Assembly: GCA_965226755.1 (NCBI GenBank)
Contig: CBDDDT010000005.1
Location: forward strand, 148,306-212,305
Source of the DNA: Bryobacteraceae bacterium
GTDB taxonomy: Bacteria; Acidobacteriota; Terriglobia; Bryobacterales; Bryobacteraceae
Direction: 5' to 3'
Length of the DNA stretch: 64,000 nucleotides
Numbering within the stretch: the first letter of the stretch is position 1; every line of letters begins with the position of its first letter. A program made the translations under genes and the position numbers. The notes beneath the pieces were generated by a model. It searched no databases and had not been told where the DNA came from. It was given only the letters and a program-made list of their open reading frames with translations. This document shows, one piece after another, positions 45,067-54,582 of the stretch.

Positions 45067-46224
45067 TTAGGGGATTTGAAACATCCCCATAAGCGCATTT
45101 CCGGCCACCGCGGCGATGCCGATCGGGATCAGCCACTTCCAGCCGAGGCGCATCAGTTGGTCGTAACGCAGCCGGGGAAACGTGGCGCGGCACCAGATGG
45201 CGGCGTATAGAAAGGATAGTACTTTCACTAAGAACCAGAAGAGTCCGGAGAGAGCCAGATTCACCGACGGGAAGAGAAAAGAGACGCCCAATAGCAGGGA
45301 GAGCGCGGCGAGTCCGAACAGAATGGCGCGGAAGATGGGGATCTCCGGCTTCCGCGCGAGCCAGAACATGCCGGCGGCAATGGCGACAAAGACGAGGGCC
45401 GGAGCGCCAAAACCAAGCGGATAATCCAGCCAGCGCACATTCGGAAACGGACGCAGCCATCCACCCCAGAACAGGGTGGCGGCCACGGCGCAGGCGATGA
45501 ACAAGTTGGCGTACTCGGCGAGCATGAAGAAGGCGAAGCGCATACCGCTGTACTCGAGGTGATAGCCGCCGGCGAGTTCCGATTCCGCTTCGGGGAGATC
45601 GAAAGGCGCGCGGTTGGATTCGGCGAGGGCGGCCACGGCGAATAACCCAAACGCCACCAACCCGAAGCCCCAGTGGTCAAAAGCGAACCAAACGCGCCGC
45701 GCCGCCTGGGCCTCGACGATGCCGCGAAGGCGGAGCGTTCCCGCGGACATCAATCCGCAAAGGAGGGCGAAGGAGAGAGCGATCTCATAGCTGACCAGCT
45801 GCGCGGCGCTGCGAAGCGCGCCTAAGAGGGGGTAATGGCTGTTGGACGCCCACCCGCCCAGCACGAGTCCCAAGACGCCGAACGAAGCGGTCGCGACGAT
45901 CAGGAGCAGGCCGACATTCAGATCCGCCACAAAGATGGCGCGGCCGAACGGGAGCACCGCCATGGCGGACAGGGCGCCGGCGGTCGCCATGACGGGGGCC
46001 AGACGAAAGACGACGGGATCGGCGGCCGAAGGGACGATGTCCTCTTTCAACAAGAGTTTCAGTGCGTCCGCCACGCCCTGCAAGACGCCGTGGGGGCCGA
46101 CGCGCATGGGACCGAGGCGGCCCTGCATGTCCGCCAGGACCTTACGCTCCAGAAGAGTCAGGTACAGGATGAACGGCGGAAATAGAAGGACAATGGCGAC
46201 CGCGGTGATGAGGGAAGCGATCAT
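45067..46224 (-). CDS. nuoH: NADH-quinone oxidoreductase subunit H
   Basis: ERKVLADMQGRLGP, ADALKLLLKED, AAQLVSYE, NRAPFDLPEAESEL, PRLRYDQLM. Confidence 0.97.
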   Translation of the reverse strand: MIASLITAVAIVLLFPPFILYLTLLERKVLADMQGRLGPMRVGPHGVLQGVADALKLLLKEDIVPSAADPVVFRLAPVMATAGALSAMAVLPFGRAIFVADLNVGLLLIVATASFGVLGLVLGGWASNSHYPLLGALRSAAQLVSYEIALSFALLCGLMSAGTLRLRGIVEAQAARRVWFAFDHWGFGLVAFGLFAVAALAESNRAPFDLPEAESELAGGYHLEYSGMRFAFFMLAEYANLFIACAVAATLFWGGWLRPFPNVRWLDYPLGFGAPALVFVAIAAGMFWLARKPEIPIFRAILFGLAALSLLLGVSFLFPSVNLALSGLFWFLVKVLSFLYAAIWCRATFPRLRYDQLMRLGWKWLIPIGIAAVAGNALMGMFQIP

Positions 46225-46227
46225 GCT

Positions 46228-47655
46228 CTATTTGATCGCTTCCTGGGCAAAGCGCAGAACGGGCTCCGGAAAAAGGCCCGCGATCAACGTCACGGCGGCG
46301 CTGGCGCCCAACGCCACGCTCAGACCCCAAGGCGCGCGGGGCCGTTCGGTTCCGACCTCTGGCTGGAGAAAAAGGAAGCGGATCAGCCGGAAGTAGTAAA
46401 AACAGGACACGGCGATGTAGAGGACGGCGACGGTCGCCAGCCCGTAATGCCCGGTCTGCATCAGGGCGAGCGCAATATAGTACTTGCCCCAAAAGCCGGC
46501 GGTGGGGGGAATGCCGGCGAGCGAGAGCAGAAACAGGAGCATGGCCAACGCATAGGCCGGGCTCTTGCGCATAAGTCCCGCGAGGTCCGAAACGTCTTCG
46601 CCTAAACCGTGGCCGCGCTCAAGAGCGATCACGACGGCGAACGCGCCGACGTTGCTGACGCCATAGACCAGGAGGTAAAGCGCGAGGCCGTCGCGGCCGG
46701 TCTGGTTGCCCGCCACGACGCCCAGCAACATGTAACCGGCATGCGCGATGGAGCTATAGGCCAGCAGGCGTTTCAGGTTGGTCTGGGTGAGCGCGGCGAA
46801 ATTGCCGATGGTGAGCGTGAGCACGGCCGCGATGCTCAGCAGGGGACCCCAGAGGGCGCGCGCGCTTTCCAGCGCTCCGGGCAGGAGGCGCATCAGCAAA
46901 GCGACGGACGCCGCTTTGGAGGCGACGGAAAGATAGGCGGTGATGGCGGAAGGCGCGCCTTCGTAGGCGTCAGGCGTCCACATGTGGAAAGGCGCGGCGG
47001 AAATCTTAAACAGCAGCCCCACGGTGACGGCGGCGATGGCGACGAGGAGCACCGGGTCACGCGGATCGCGGGCGGCGGCGGCGGCCGACACATCGCGCAG
47101 CAGCGTGGATCCGGAGATCCCGAACAGGAGCGAAAAGCCGTACGCGAGAATGGCGCTGGAAAAGCCGCCGAGCAGGAGAAACTTGATGGCCGCCTCGGTG
47201 GACCGGCGATCTCCGCGGCCGAAGGCGACGAGGACGTAGAAGCTGATGGCCATCAGTTCCAGGCCTAGAAACAAAGTGATGAGATCGGCCCCGGCGGCAA
47301 GGAAGAACATGCCGGTCTGGGCGAACAGGAGCATGGCGAGATGCTCGGCTCGGCGGTCACGCGAGACAAGCACGACCAGCGCCGCCGTTCCGGTGAACAA
47401 CCAGTTGAAGAATAGGGCGAACGAATCGATGGTTAACGCGCCGTGGAACCCGACGAGTTCGAGCGACCCGGCGCCATGCAGCCAGGCCTGCTGGCGCACC
47501 AGAGCGACGGCGGTGAACGTGAGTCCGGCGAGAGCGAGAAACAGGGGAGCGCGCGACATCCGGCCGCCGGCAAAGCGCAACAGGAGCAGGGCGCATGCGA
47601 ACAGGGCGGGCATCAGGCCCGGCAGCAACGCCAGATGGTCCGCGCTGCTGTACAT
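46228..47655 (-). CDS. nuoN: NADH-quinone oxidoreductase subunit N
   Basis: LGLELMAIS, EAAIKFLLLG, FKISAAPFHMWTPDAYEGAP, KRLLAYSSIAHAG. Start moved to ATG 47655. Confidence 0.95.
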   Translation of the reverse strand: MYSSADHLALLPGLMPALFACALLLLRFAGGRMSRAPLFLALAGLTFTAVALVRQQAWLHGAGSLELVGFHGALTIDSFALFFNWLFTGTAALVVLVSRDRRAEHLAMLLFAQTGMFFLAAGADLITLFLGLELMAISFYVLVAFGRGDRRSTEAAIKFLLLGGFSSAILAYGFSLLFGISGSTLLRDVSAAAAARDPRDPVLLVAIAAVTVGLLFKISAAPFHMWTPDAYEGAPSAITAYLSVASKAASVALLMRLLPGALESARALWGPLLSIAAVLTLTIGNFAALTQTNLKRLLAYSSIAHAGYMLLGVVAGNQTGRDGLALYLLVYGVSNVGAFAVVIALERGHGLGEDVSDLAGLMRKSPAYALAMLLFLLSLAGIPPTAGFWGKYYIALALMQTGHYGLATVAVLYIAVSCFYYFRLIRFLFLQPEVGTERPRAPWGLSVALGASAAVTLIAGLFPEPVLRFAQEAIK

Positions 47656-49151
47656 TACGGCACCGGCGTTCCATGGACGCGCGCCACGATGGCGGCGACG
47701 GGCCGCCGCAGCAGATCGAAATAGGGTTTCGGGTAGATGCCGATGGAGATGGCCCATAACACCAGCGGCATGACGATCCACATCTCGCGCGCGTTCAGGT
47801 CCGGCAGCTTGCGGTTGGCCTCATGCCGGATTTCGCCGAGCATGGTCCTTTGATAGAGCCAGAGCATGTACGCCGCCGCCAGGACGATTCCCAAGACCGC
47901 GCAGGCGGCCCAGACGCGGCTGACGGCGAACACGCCCTGCAGAATCGTAAACTCTCCGACGAAGCCGTTGAGCAGGGGCAATCCGGCGGAGGCGAACGCG
48001 GCGATGGCGAAAACCACGGCAAAGCGCGGCATGACGCGGGCGACGCCGCCGTACCCGGCGATCTCCCGCGTGTGGCGGCGCTCGTAGATCATTCCCACCA
48101 GCAGAAAGAGGAGCCCGGTGGTGATTCCATGATTCAATTGCTGGAGGACGCTTCCGGTGAGCCCGGCCTCATTCAGCGCGAAGATCCCGAGCGTACAGAA
48201 GCCCATGTGGCTGACAGACGAGTAGGCGATCAGTTTCTTCCAATCGCGCTGCATCAGGCTCACGAGCGCGCCATAGAGGATGGCGATGATGGAAAGAACG
48301 GCCATGATCTCGACCACGATACGATCCGCGGACGCGACGGGCAGCAGGGGCAAGGAGAACCGAATGAAGCCGTAGGTTCCCATTTTGAGGAGCAGGCTGG
48401 CGAGCACGACGGAGCCGCCGGTGGGCGCCTCCACATGGGCGTCGGGAAGCCAGGTGTGGAACGGGAACATCGGAACTTTGATGGCGAATCCGCAGAACAG
48501 AGCCCAAAAGATCCACTGCTGCGCGACAGGCGCCAGGTTGAGCTTCAGCAGGTCCGCAATTTCGAAGGAGTAGAACCCGTAGCGCTGGAAGTGAAGGAAG
48601 TAGAGGGCCAGCAGCCCGAGCAGCATCAACACCGATCCGGTGAGGGTGTAGAGAAAGAATTTAATGGCCGCGTGCAGGCGGCGCGGTCCGCCCCAGATGC
48701 CGATGATGAAGTACATCGGGATCAGCACGGCTTCGAAGAAAACGTAGAAGAGGAACGCGTCAAGCGACAGGAAGACGCCCAGGATCCCGGCTTCGAGCAG
48801 CAAGAAGAGCGCGAAGAATTCCTTGAGTCGCTCTTCAATGGTCCAGGAGGCCAGCAACGCCAAGGGCAGGATGACGGCCGAGAGCAAGACGAGCAGCAGG
48901 CTGATCCCGTCGACTCCGAGCGAGTAATCGATTCCCAGAGAGGGCACCCAGGGGATGCGCTCCGCAAACTGGAATCCGGCGGCGTCCGGCTCGAACGCGC
49001 GCAGGAGGATGAGCGCGAGGACCAAGGTGAGAAGCGAGGCGCCGATGGCGACCAGCCGCAGCGCGCGGCGGTTCCGCCCAGGAACACAGAGCAATACGGC
49101 GAGCCCGGCGACCGGCGTCACGAGCAGAGACGTGAGGATGTGCGGCATCAC
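47655..49151 (-). CDS. nuoM: NADH-quinone oxidoreductase subunit M
   Basis: LGVDGISL, FFEAVLIPMYFIIGIWGG, IKVPMFPFHTWLPDAHVEAP, KKLIAYSSVSHMG. Confidence 0.97.
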   Translation of the reverse strand: MMPHILTSLLVTPVAGLAVLLCVPGRNRRALRLVAIGASLLTLVLALILLRAFEPDAAGFQFAERIPWVPSLGIDYSLGVDGISLLLVLLSAVILPLALLASWTIEERLKEFFALFLLLEAGILGVFLSLDAFLFYVFFEAVLIPMYFIIGIWGGPRRLHAAIKFFLYTLTGSVLMLLGLLALYFLHFQRYGFYSFEIADLLKLNLAPVAQQWIFWALFCGFAIKVPMFPFHTWLPDAHVEAPTGGSVVLASLLLKMGTYGFIRFSLPLLPVASADRIVVEIMAVLSIIAILYGALVSLMQRDWKKLIAYSSVSHMGFCTLGIFALNEAGLTGSVLQQLNHGITTGLLFLLVGMIYERRHTREIAGYGGVARVMPRFAVVFAIAAFASAGLPLLNGFVGEFTILQGVFAVSRVWAACAVLGIVLAAAYMLWLYQRTMLGEIRHEANRKLPDLNAREMWIVMPLVLWAISIGIYPKPYFDLLRRPVAAIVARVHGTPVP

Positions 49152-49175
49152 GAGAGCGACATCATTTGCGCCTCA

Positions 49176-51125
49176 TCAGTGAACCCAAACCAACCAGCCC
49201 AGCATGGCGCCGAGGCCGAGGGTGATCCACCAGGCGTATTGGGAGAAAACGCCGGTCTGCAACGCGCGGACCGGCAGGGAGGAAGCGCGGACAAAGAAAG
49301 CGAGGGCGCGCACGGCGCCATCCACCACAAAGCGGTCGCAGGCCGAAGAGAAGCGCCCGGCGCCGCGGGCCAGAGAGCCGACGCCGAGCACGCCGGAATC
49401 GAGAATGGCGTCGTCGAAGCGGGCGAGCGCGCGTCCGCCGCCTCGCGCCAATCCCCGCACGAATACGAAATGGTAGAGGCGATCGAGATACCACTCCTCG
49501 GAAAGAACGCCGTGCAGAGGCTTAAGCGCCTGTTCCAGGTTGCTGGGGATTTCGGGACGGTGGTGGTAAAGGTAACGCGCGAGCGCGAAGCCGATCAGGG
49601 CGACGGCGGCCGAGGTTCCGGTCAAGATCCACTCACTGCCGGGCGCGGTATGAGGAGTATGTCCGGAACCCGCGAACACGGGGCTGAGCCAATGCTCGAA
49701 CGAATGCATCCACGCGGGACCGCGCCATGAGGCGGGCACGCCGATCCAGCCTGACATGACGCTGGCCGCGGCCAGCACGACCAACGGTCCGGTCATCAAT
49801 CCGGGAGATTCATGGGCGCGGGCGACGCGGGAGTGGGCGACTCCGTAGAACGTGAGGTGCATCAGGCGCCACATGTAGATGGCGGTGAGGCCGCTGGTCA
49901 GCACGCCGATGAAGTAGAGCGGGCGCGCGCCGGCCCCGAAGGTCTCGTTCAGGATGGCGTCCTTGGAGAAAAACCCGGCGAGTCCCGGGATGCCGCTCAG
50001 GGCGACGGCGCCGATGAACATCGTCCAATATGTGAGGGGCATTTTACGGTAGAGTCCGCCCATTTTGCGCAGATCCTGCTCCCCATCGAGCGCGTGAATC
50101 ACCGACCCCGCGCCGAGGAACAGGAGCGCCTTGAAGAAGGCATGGGTGAACAGATGGAACACGGCGACCCACCATGCGCCCACGCCGAGCGCCAGAAACA
50201 TGAAGCCGAGCTGGCTGACGGTCGAATACGCCAGCACGCGTTTGATATCGGTATGGACCAGAGCGGTGGCGGCAGCGAAGATGGCGGTGAAGGCGCCCAC
50301 GGTGGCCACCAGAACCGCGGCCGGATGCGAAGCCGCAAACAGCGCGCTGGAGCGGGCGATCAGGTAGACGCCGGCGGTGACCATGGTGGCCGCATGGATC
50401 AGCGCGGAGACGGGAACGGGGCCCTCCATGGCGTCCGGCAGCCAGACATGCAAGGGAAACTGGGCCGATTTTCCGGCCGCTCCGAAAAAGAAAAGAAGCG
50501 CTACCCATGCCAGGGAAGAGCCGTTCATCCCCGGCGCTTTGGCCAGGAAGCCGACGGAGCCGGTGACCGCAAACAGCCACAGAATGCCCATGAGGAACGA
50601 CGCGTCTCCGATGCGATTCACCAGAAACGCCTTCAAGCCGGCACGCGCGGCGGCGGGGCGCCCGTAATCAAACCCGACCAGCAGATAACTGCACAGCCCG
50701 ACGCCTTCCCATCCTGCAAACAGCAGCGCATAGTTGTCGGCCAGCAGCAGGAGCAGCATGAGGCTCACGAAGAGATTCATGTAGCAGAAAAAGCGCGCCG
50801 CGCCGGGGTCGTCGCGCATGTATTCCACCGCGTAGACGTGGACCAGGGCGCCGACGCCGGTGACGATCAGAATGAGGACGCCGCTCAGCGGATCGAGCAG
50901 CAATCCCCAGTGGGCATGGACCAGCGGAAGCCAATCACCATAGATCACTTCCCAATGGCGGTTGGGCAGATCGCGGAGCTGCAGGAACGCGACCAGCGCG
51001 GCGACGAAAGCGGCGATGACGCTGCCGGGCGCGAGCCACCGCACCAACTTGCGCGGGGGATTCAGGGCGCACGAGAGCGCGCCCGCCAGCGGGAGCAAGG
51101 GAATCAAGGCCAGAATGCTTACCAC
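49176..51125 (-). CDS. nuoL: NADH-quinone oxidoreductase subunit L with lengthened amphipathic helix
   Basis: [53 protein letters not shown] 51125 overlaps the nuoK stop. Confidence 0.96.
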   Translation of the reverse strand: MVSILALIPLLPLAGALSCALNPPRKLVRWLAPGSVIAAFVAALVAFLQLRDLPNRHWEVIYGDWLPLVHAHWGLLLDPLSGVLILIVTGVGALVHVYAVEYMRDDPGAARFFCYMNLFVSLMLLLLLADNYALLFAGWEGVGLCSYLLVGFDYGRPAAARAGLKAFLVNRIGDASFLMGILWLFAVTGSVGFLAKAPGMNGSSLAWVALLFFFGAAGKSAQFPLHVWLPDAMEGPVPVSALIHAATMVTAGVYLIARSSALFAASHPAAVLVATVGAFTAIFAAATALVHTDIKRVLAYSTVSQLGFMFLALGVGAWWVAVFHLFTHAFFKALLFLGAGSVIHALDGEQDLRKMGGLYRKMPLTYWTMFIGAVALSGIPGLAGFFSKDAILNETFGAGARPLYFIGVLTSGLTAIYMWRLMHLTFYGVAHSRVARAHESPGLMTGPLVVLAAASVMSGWIGVPASWRGPAWMHSFEHWLSPVFAGSGHTPHTAPGSEWILTGTSAAVALIGFALARYLYHHRPEIPSNLEQALKPLHGVLSEEWYLDRLYHFVFVRGLARGGGRALARFDDAILDSGVLGVGSLARGAGRFSSACDRFVVDGAVRALAFFVRASSLPVRALQTGVFSQYAWWITLGLGAMLGWLVWVH

Positions 51126-51415
51126 TTGAGGAGATTCACCTCGTCGGTCAGGACGGTCTTGCGATGGCGGAACAGCGCGATCAGAATGGCCAGACCGACC
51201 GCGGCCTCGGCGACCGCGTCGGCGATTACAAACAGGGCGAAAATCTGGCCCCGCGTGGTGGCCCAGTGCTGGGAGAACGCCACGAGATTGATATTGACGG
51301 CGTTCAACATCAGTTCGATCGACATCAGGACGACGACGATGCTGCGGCGCAGGAGCACGCCGGCCACGCCGATCGAGAGCAAAATGGCGCTGAGCAAGAT
51401 GTAACGGCCGGTCAC
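51119..51415 (-). CDS. nuoK: NADH-quinone oxidoreductase subunit K
   Basis: [18 protein letters not shown] and AEAAVGLAI. Confidence 0.96.
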   Translation of the reverse strand: MTGRYILLSAILLSIGVAGVLLRRSIVVVLMSIELMLNAVNINLVAFSQHWATTRGQIFALFVIADAVAEAAVGLAILIALFRHRKTVLTDEVNLLKW

Positions 51416-51900
51416 GCTTCGCCTCGCGCGAGCACCACGGCGCCGACCAGGGCGGCCAGCAGCAGGATGGAGACAATCTCAAAGGGCAGCTGATATTCGA
51501 GCAGCAGCATGGCGCCGATCGCCTCCGTGTTCAACCGCGGCATTTCTCCGGAAGCGGGCGGGAGCGCCACGGAGCGGAGCATCCACAAGAGTTCCACGCA
51601 GGCGAAGCCCGCGCCGGCTAATCCGACGGGCCACCATCTGGTGAACCGGCGTTCCCCCTGGGCGCGGTCCAGATTGACCAGCATGATAACGAACAGAAAC
51701 AGCAGCACAATGCCGCCCGCGTAGACGATCAGCTGGGCGGCGAACAGAAACTCCGCCCGGGTTTGCAGGAAGATGCCGGCCACTCCCAGCAGCGAGGCGA
51801 GCAGTCCCAAAGCGCAGTGCACCGGGTTTCGCAAGGAAACCGTGAGCAGCGCGCCCACGAGCGTCAGGGCCGCGAAAGCGTAGAAGAAAGCAAGAGCCAA
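51412..51900 (-). CDS. nuoJ: NADH-quinone oxidoreductase subunit J
   Basis: [38 protein letters not shown]. Confidence 0.95.
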   Translation of the reverse strand: MALAFFYAFAALTLVGALLTVSLRNPVHCALGLLASLLGVAGIFLQTRAEFLFAAQLIVYAGGIVLLFLFVIMLVNLDRAQGERRFTRWWPVGLAGAGFACVELLWMLRSVALPPASGEMPRLNTEAIGAMLLLEYQLPFEIVSILLLAALVGAVVLARGEA

Positions 51901-51968
51901 TCGTTCATTATGAACGGCTTACAAAAGCGGCAGGGATGCCAGGGCAGCGAATGGCGGTTTTTCCGGCG

Positions 51969-52436
51969 TTAGCGGGGGTACTCGACGGGACGAGGGCCTT
52001 CTTCGAGCATTTGGCGATTCCAGATCTGCCCCTCGCGGGTGTAGGACGCGAGTTCGAAATCCTGCGTGAGTTCCAGAGCGTCTACGGGGCACGCGTCTTC
52101 GCACAACCCGCAAAACATGCAGCGGGACAGATCATAAGTGAACTCGATCAGATCTTTGCGGCGGGTCTGTTCGTTGCGCTCGCTCATTACGACGATCAGG
52201 TTCTCCGGGCAGGCGATGGCGCAGAGATTACAAGAGATACACAGCGTTTCGCCGTCCTGGGGATTGATGTTCAGCCGGGGCGCGCCGCGGTAGCGTTCGG
52301 AGACGGGAGCACGCTCCAGCGGATACTGCTCGGTCACGATCTCCCGCGGCCGCTGGGTTCGAAACGTTACGAACAGCCCGCGAATCAAATCGATGAAGGG
52401 CAGTTTCATCCAGACGCTTTCTAATCGTTTCGGCAT
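51969..52436 (-). CDS. nuoI: NADH-quinone oxidoreductase subunit I
   Basis: TEQYP, CISCNLCAIACP and CMFCGLCEDACP 4Fe-4S motifs. Confidence 0.96.
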   Translation of the reverse strand: MPKRLESVWMKLPFIDLIRGLFVTFRTQRPREIVTEQYPLERAPVSERYRGAPRLNINPQDGETLCISCNLCAIACPENLIVVMSERNEQTRRKDLIEFTYDLSRCMFCGLCEDACPVDALELTQDFELASYTREGQIWNRQMLEEGPRPVEYPR

Positions 52437-52501
52437 AGGAAATGCTGTGTATGAATTTGTACCCGGACCGCGCTACACTAAGCGAGGTTACTTAAGGAAT
52501 A

Positions 52502-53131
52502 ATGGATTCCCAACAAAACTGTGCTTCCTGGGATGGATTTGAGCGCATCAACCAGTTTGCGCTCGTAGGTTATATACCCGATCCCCTGGGAAGATTTCTG
52601 GACGCGCTCCGTTTGCATTTGGTTCCCGATTGTAAGCCTCACGCCCATGTCACCATTCTCCCTCCAAGGCCGCTCTGCGGCTCCGCGGAAGACGCGGCCC
52701 GTGAGATTCGGCTGGCGGCGCGCGATTTCCAACCGTTCTCGATCCGTCTGGGAGATGTTGCCCGGTTCGAGAAATCCGATGTCATCTATATAGAGATCGC
52801 ATCCGGTTGCTCCGAGCTGAAGGCCATGTACCACGCGATGAACGCGGGCTGCAACTCCTACTGCGAGAAATTCTGCTACTCCCCGCACATCACGCTTGCT
52901 CAGAACCTTCCCGCCGAACTGGTGCAACACACGCTAGACGAGGCGGTCGCCGCCTGGAAGAACTTCCCGTTTGAAAAAGCTTTCCGGGTGGATGTTCTCA
53001 CGTTCGTTCAGAACACGTCGGGCTGCCGCTGGATCGACCTGGAAGAGATGCCTTTGGGCTATCGCACGCCGGGCCGGCCTTCGGGCGTTCTCAATCAAAG
53101 AGACGTGGCTGCGCCGCAACATCAGGCTTAA
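52502..53131 (+). CDS. 2H phosphoesterase (2'-5' RNA ligase family)
   Basis: Two HxT motifs, AHVTIL and PHITLA. Confidence 0.88.
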   Translation: MDSQQNCASWDGFERINQFALVGYIPDPLGRFLDALRLHLVPDCKPHAHVTILPPRPLCGSAEDAAREIRLAARDFQPFSIRLGDVARFEKSDVIYIEIASGCSELKAMYHAMNAGCNSYCEKFCYSPHITLAQNLPAELVQHTLDEAVAAWKNFPFEKAFRVDVLTFVQNTSGCRWIDLEEMPLGYRTPGRPSGVLNQRDVAAPQHQA

Positions 53132-53585
53132 TCCGCGGTTTGGACGGAGCTTTCCGCAGAGGACTTCCGACTACGCTCAGCACCTGGATCGAGAGCAGCG
53201 CCTCGCGGGGCACAAACATCTTCTGATTGTTCGAATAAGGCTCTGGGGGCGTTACGGTGTAGCCCTGGGCGTCGACAACCAGCAGGTTGTTAGGAAGAAT
53301 GCCGTCCAACAGATCGCCGTCGCGGAACTTCATCCGCACCCATAAACCTTCCATTTTGGGCCGGGTCTGAAACAGGCGGGCTTCGATGGGCTCGCGGGCG
53401 CCTTCGAAATCCTTGACGAAGCATACGGACTTAATTTCGCCGTACGCGATGGCGGCCACGTCGCCATCGGGCCTGAGCAACTCAATGCCGGTGGGCTGCT
53501 GATAGGCGTGCGCGCTGACGAATCCGGTCAGCGGCTCGCGATCGAACCGCCGGACAACGACCTTCTTGGTTGTGGATGCCGCCAA
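53091..53585 (-). CDS. Hypothetical protein (DUF6982-like, tentative)
   Basis: KKVVVRRFD, KSVCFVKDF, LWVRMKFRDGDLLDG pattern with an internal two-fold repeat. Confidence 0.75.
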   Translation of the reverse strand: MAASTTKKVVVRRFDREPLTGFVSAHAYQQPTGIELLRPDGDVAAIAYGEIKSVCFVKDFEGAREPIEARLFQTRPKMEGLWVRMKFRDGDLLDGILPNNLLVVDAQGYTVTPPEPYSNNQKMFVPREALLSIQVLSVVGSPLRKAPSKPRIKPDVAAQPRLFD

Positions 53586-53667
53586 ATATAGCCGACCTAG
53601 CTGTCCGTCAATCTTACTTCCGATTTATGTTCTAAACATTTGTGGGGATATTGTATCATTGGCTTCG

Positions 53668-54579
53668 ATGATCCCGGGTCCCTCGTCCAAGACCGGACCG
53701 CTTCAAGCCACCGTGACGGCCTATCTCCACCATTGCCGGGTGGAACGGGGACTGGCTGCGAATACGATTGATGCTTATCGAACGGATCTCCAGCGTTTCG
53801 AAGCATTTGGGGGTGACGACCTTATCCATTGCATGAATGCTGAATCTGTTCAGAAATACATTCGTTCACTGTATGGAACGGGTCTCAGCAGCCGGTCAAT
53901 CGCGCGGCACATCGCCTCTCTGCGCGGGTTATTCAAATTTCTCTTGAGCGAAGGACGCATCACGGCGGATCCTACCGAGCACCTGCAGACACCTCAGCAG
54001 TGGCAATCGATTCCCCGGTTTCTGAGCCGCGACCAGGTGGAAGCTCTTTTGAACGCGCCGAAACCATCCGAGCCAACGGGTTTGCGCAACCGGGCTATGC
54101 TGCAGCTTCTGTATGCGACGGGACTGCGCGTGTCGGAGTTGTGCAAGGTGAGGACAGCCGATCTGAACCGCGACATGGGAATCGTCACGGTGCTCGGAAA
54201 GGGCAATAAGCAACGCCTGGTGCCGGTGGGAGACCACGCGCTGGCGGCGGTGGAGACATACCTGAACAAGGCGCGCCCTGATCTGCTGCGGGGACGAGTT
54301 TCGCCGTTTCTTTTTGTAACCTCCCGCGGCGGGAGGATGACGCGGCAGGCTTTCTGGAAGTTGATTGTCGCGCACGGTAAGACGGCAGGCATCTTCCAGG
54401 GATTGAGCCCGCACGTTCTGCGGCATAGTTTTGCGACCCATCTGCTCGAAGGGGGCGCAGACCTTCGCAGTCTCCAGACGATGCTCGGCCATTCGGACAT
54501 CGCAACCACACAGATATATACCCACGTCATGCGGTCGCGTCTTCGCACCGTAGTTGACCAGCACCACCCCCGCGCCTAA
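53668..54579 (+). CDS. xerD: Site-specific tyrosine recombinase XerD
   Basis: NTIDAYRTDL, LYATGLRVSEL, GKGNKQRLVP, HVLRHSFATHLL, LGHSDIATTQIY. Start moved to ATG 53668. Confidence 0.95.
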   Translation: MIPGPSSKTGPLQATVTAYLHHCRVERGLAANTIDAYRTDLQRFEAFGGDDLIHCMNAESVQKYIRSLYGTGLSSRSIARHIASLRGLFKFLLSEGRITADPTEHLQTPQQWQSIPRFLSRDQVEALLNAPKPSEPTGLRNRAMLQLLYATGLRVSELCKVRTADLNRDMGIVTVLGKGNKQRLVPVGDHALAAVETYLNKARPDLLRGRVSPFLFVTSRGGRMTRQAFWKLIVAHGKTAGIFQGLSPHVLRHSFATHLLEGGADLRSLQTMLGHSDIATTQIYTHVMRSRLRTVVDQHHPRA

Positions 54580-54582
54580 GCC

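Noticed and set aside
47823-51404. 635-aa and 530-aa plus-strand ORFs
   Set aside because: Antisense shadows of nuoM and nuoL.
51126-51482. Apparent N-terminal extension of NuoL
   Set aside because: It is an alternative frame over nuoK and nuoJ; the real start is GTG 51125.
53668-54579. Tyrosine recombinase as a phage or island integrase
   Set aside because: The sequence is XerD-like in length and motifs, with no att repeats, tRNA or cargo genes nearby.
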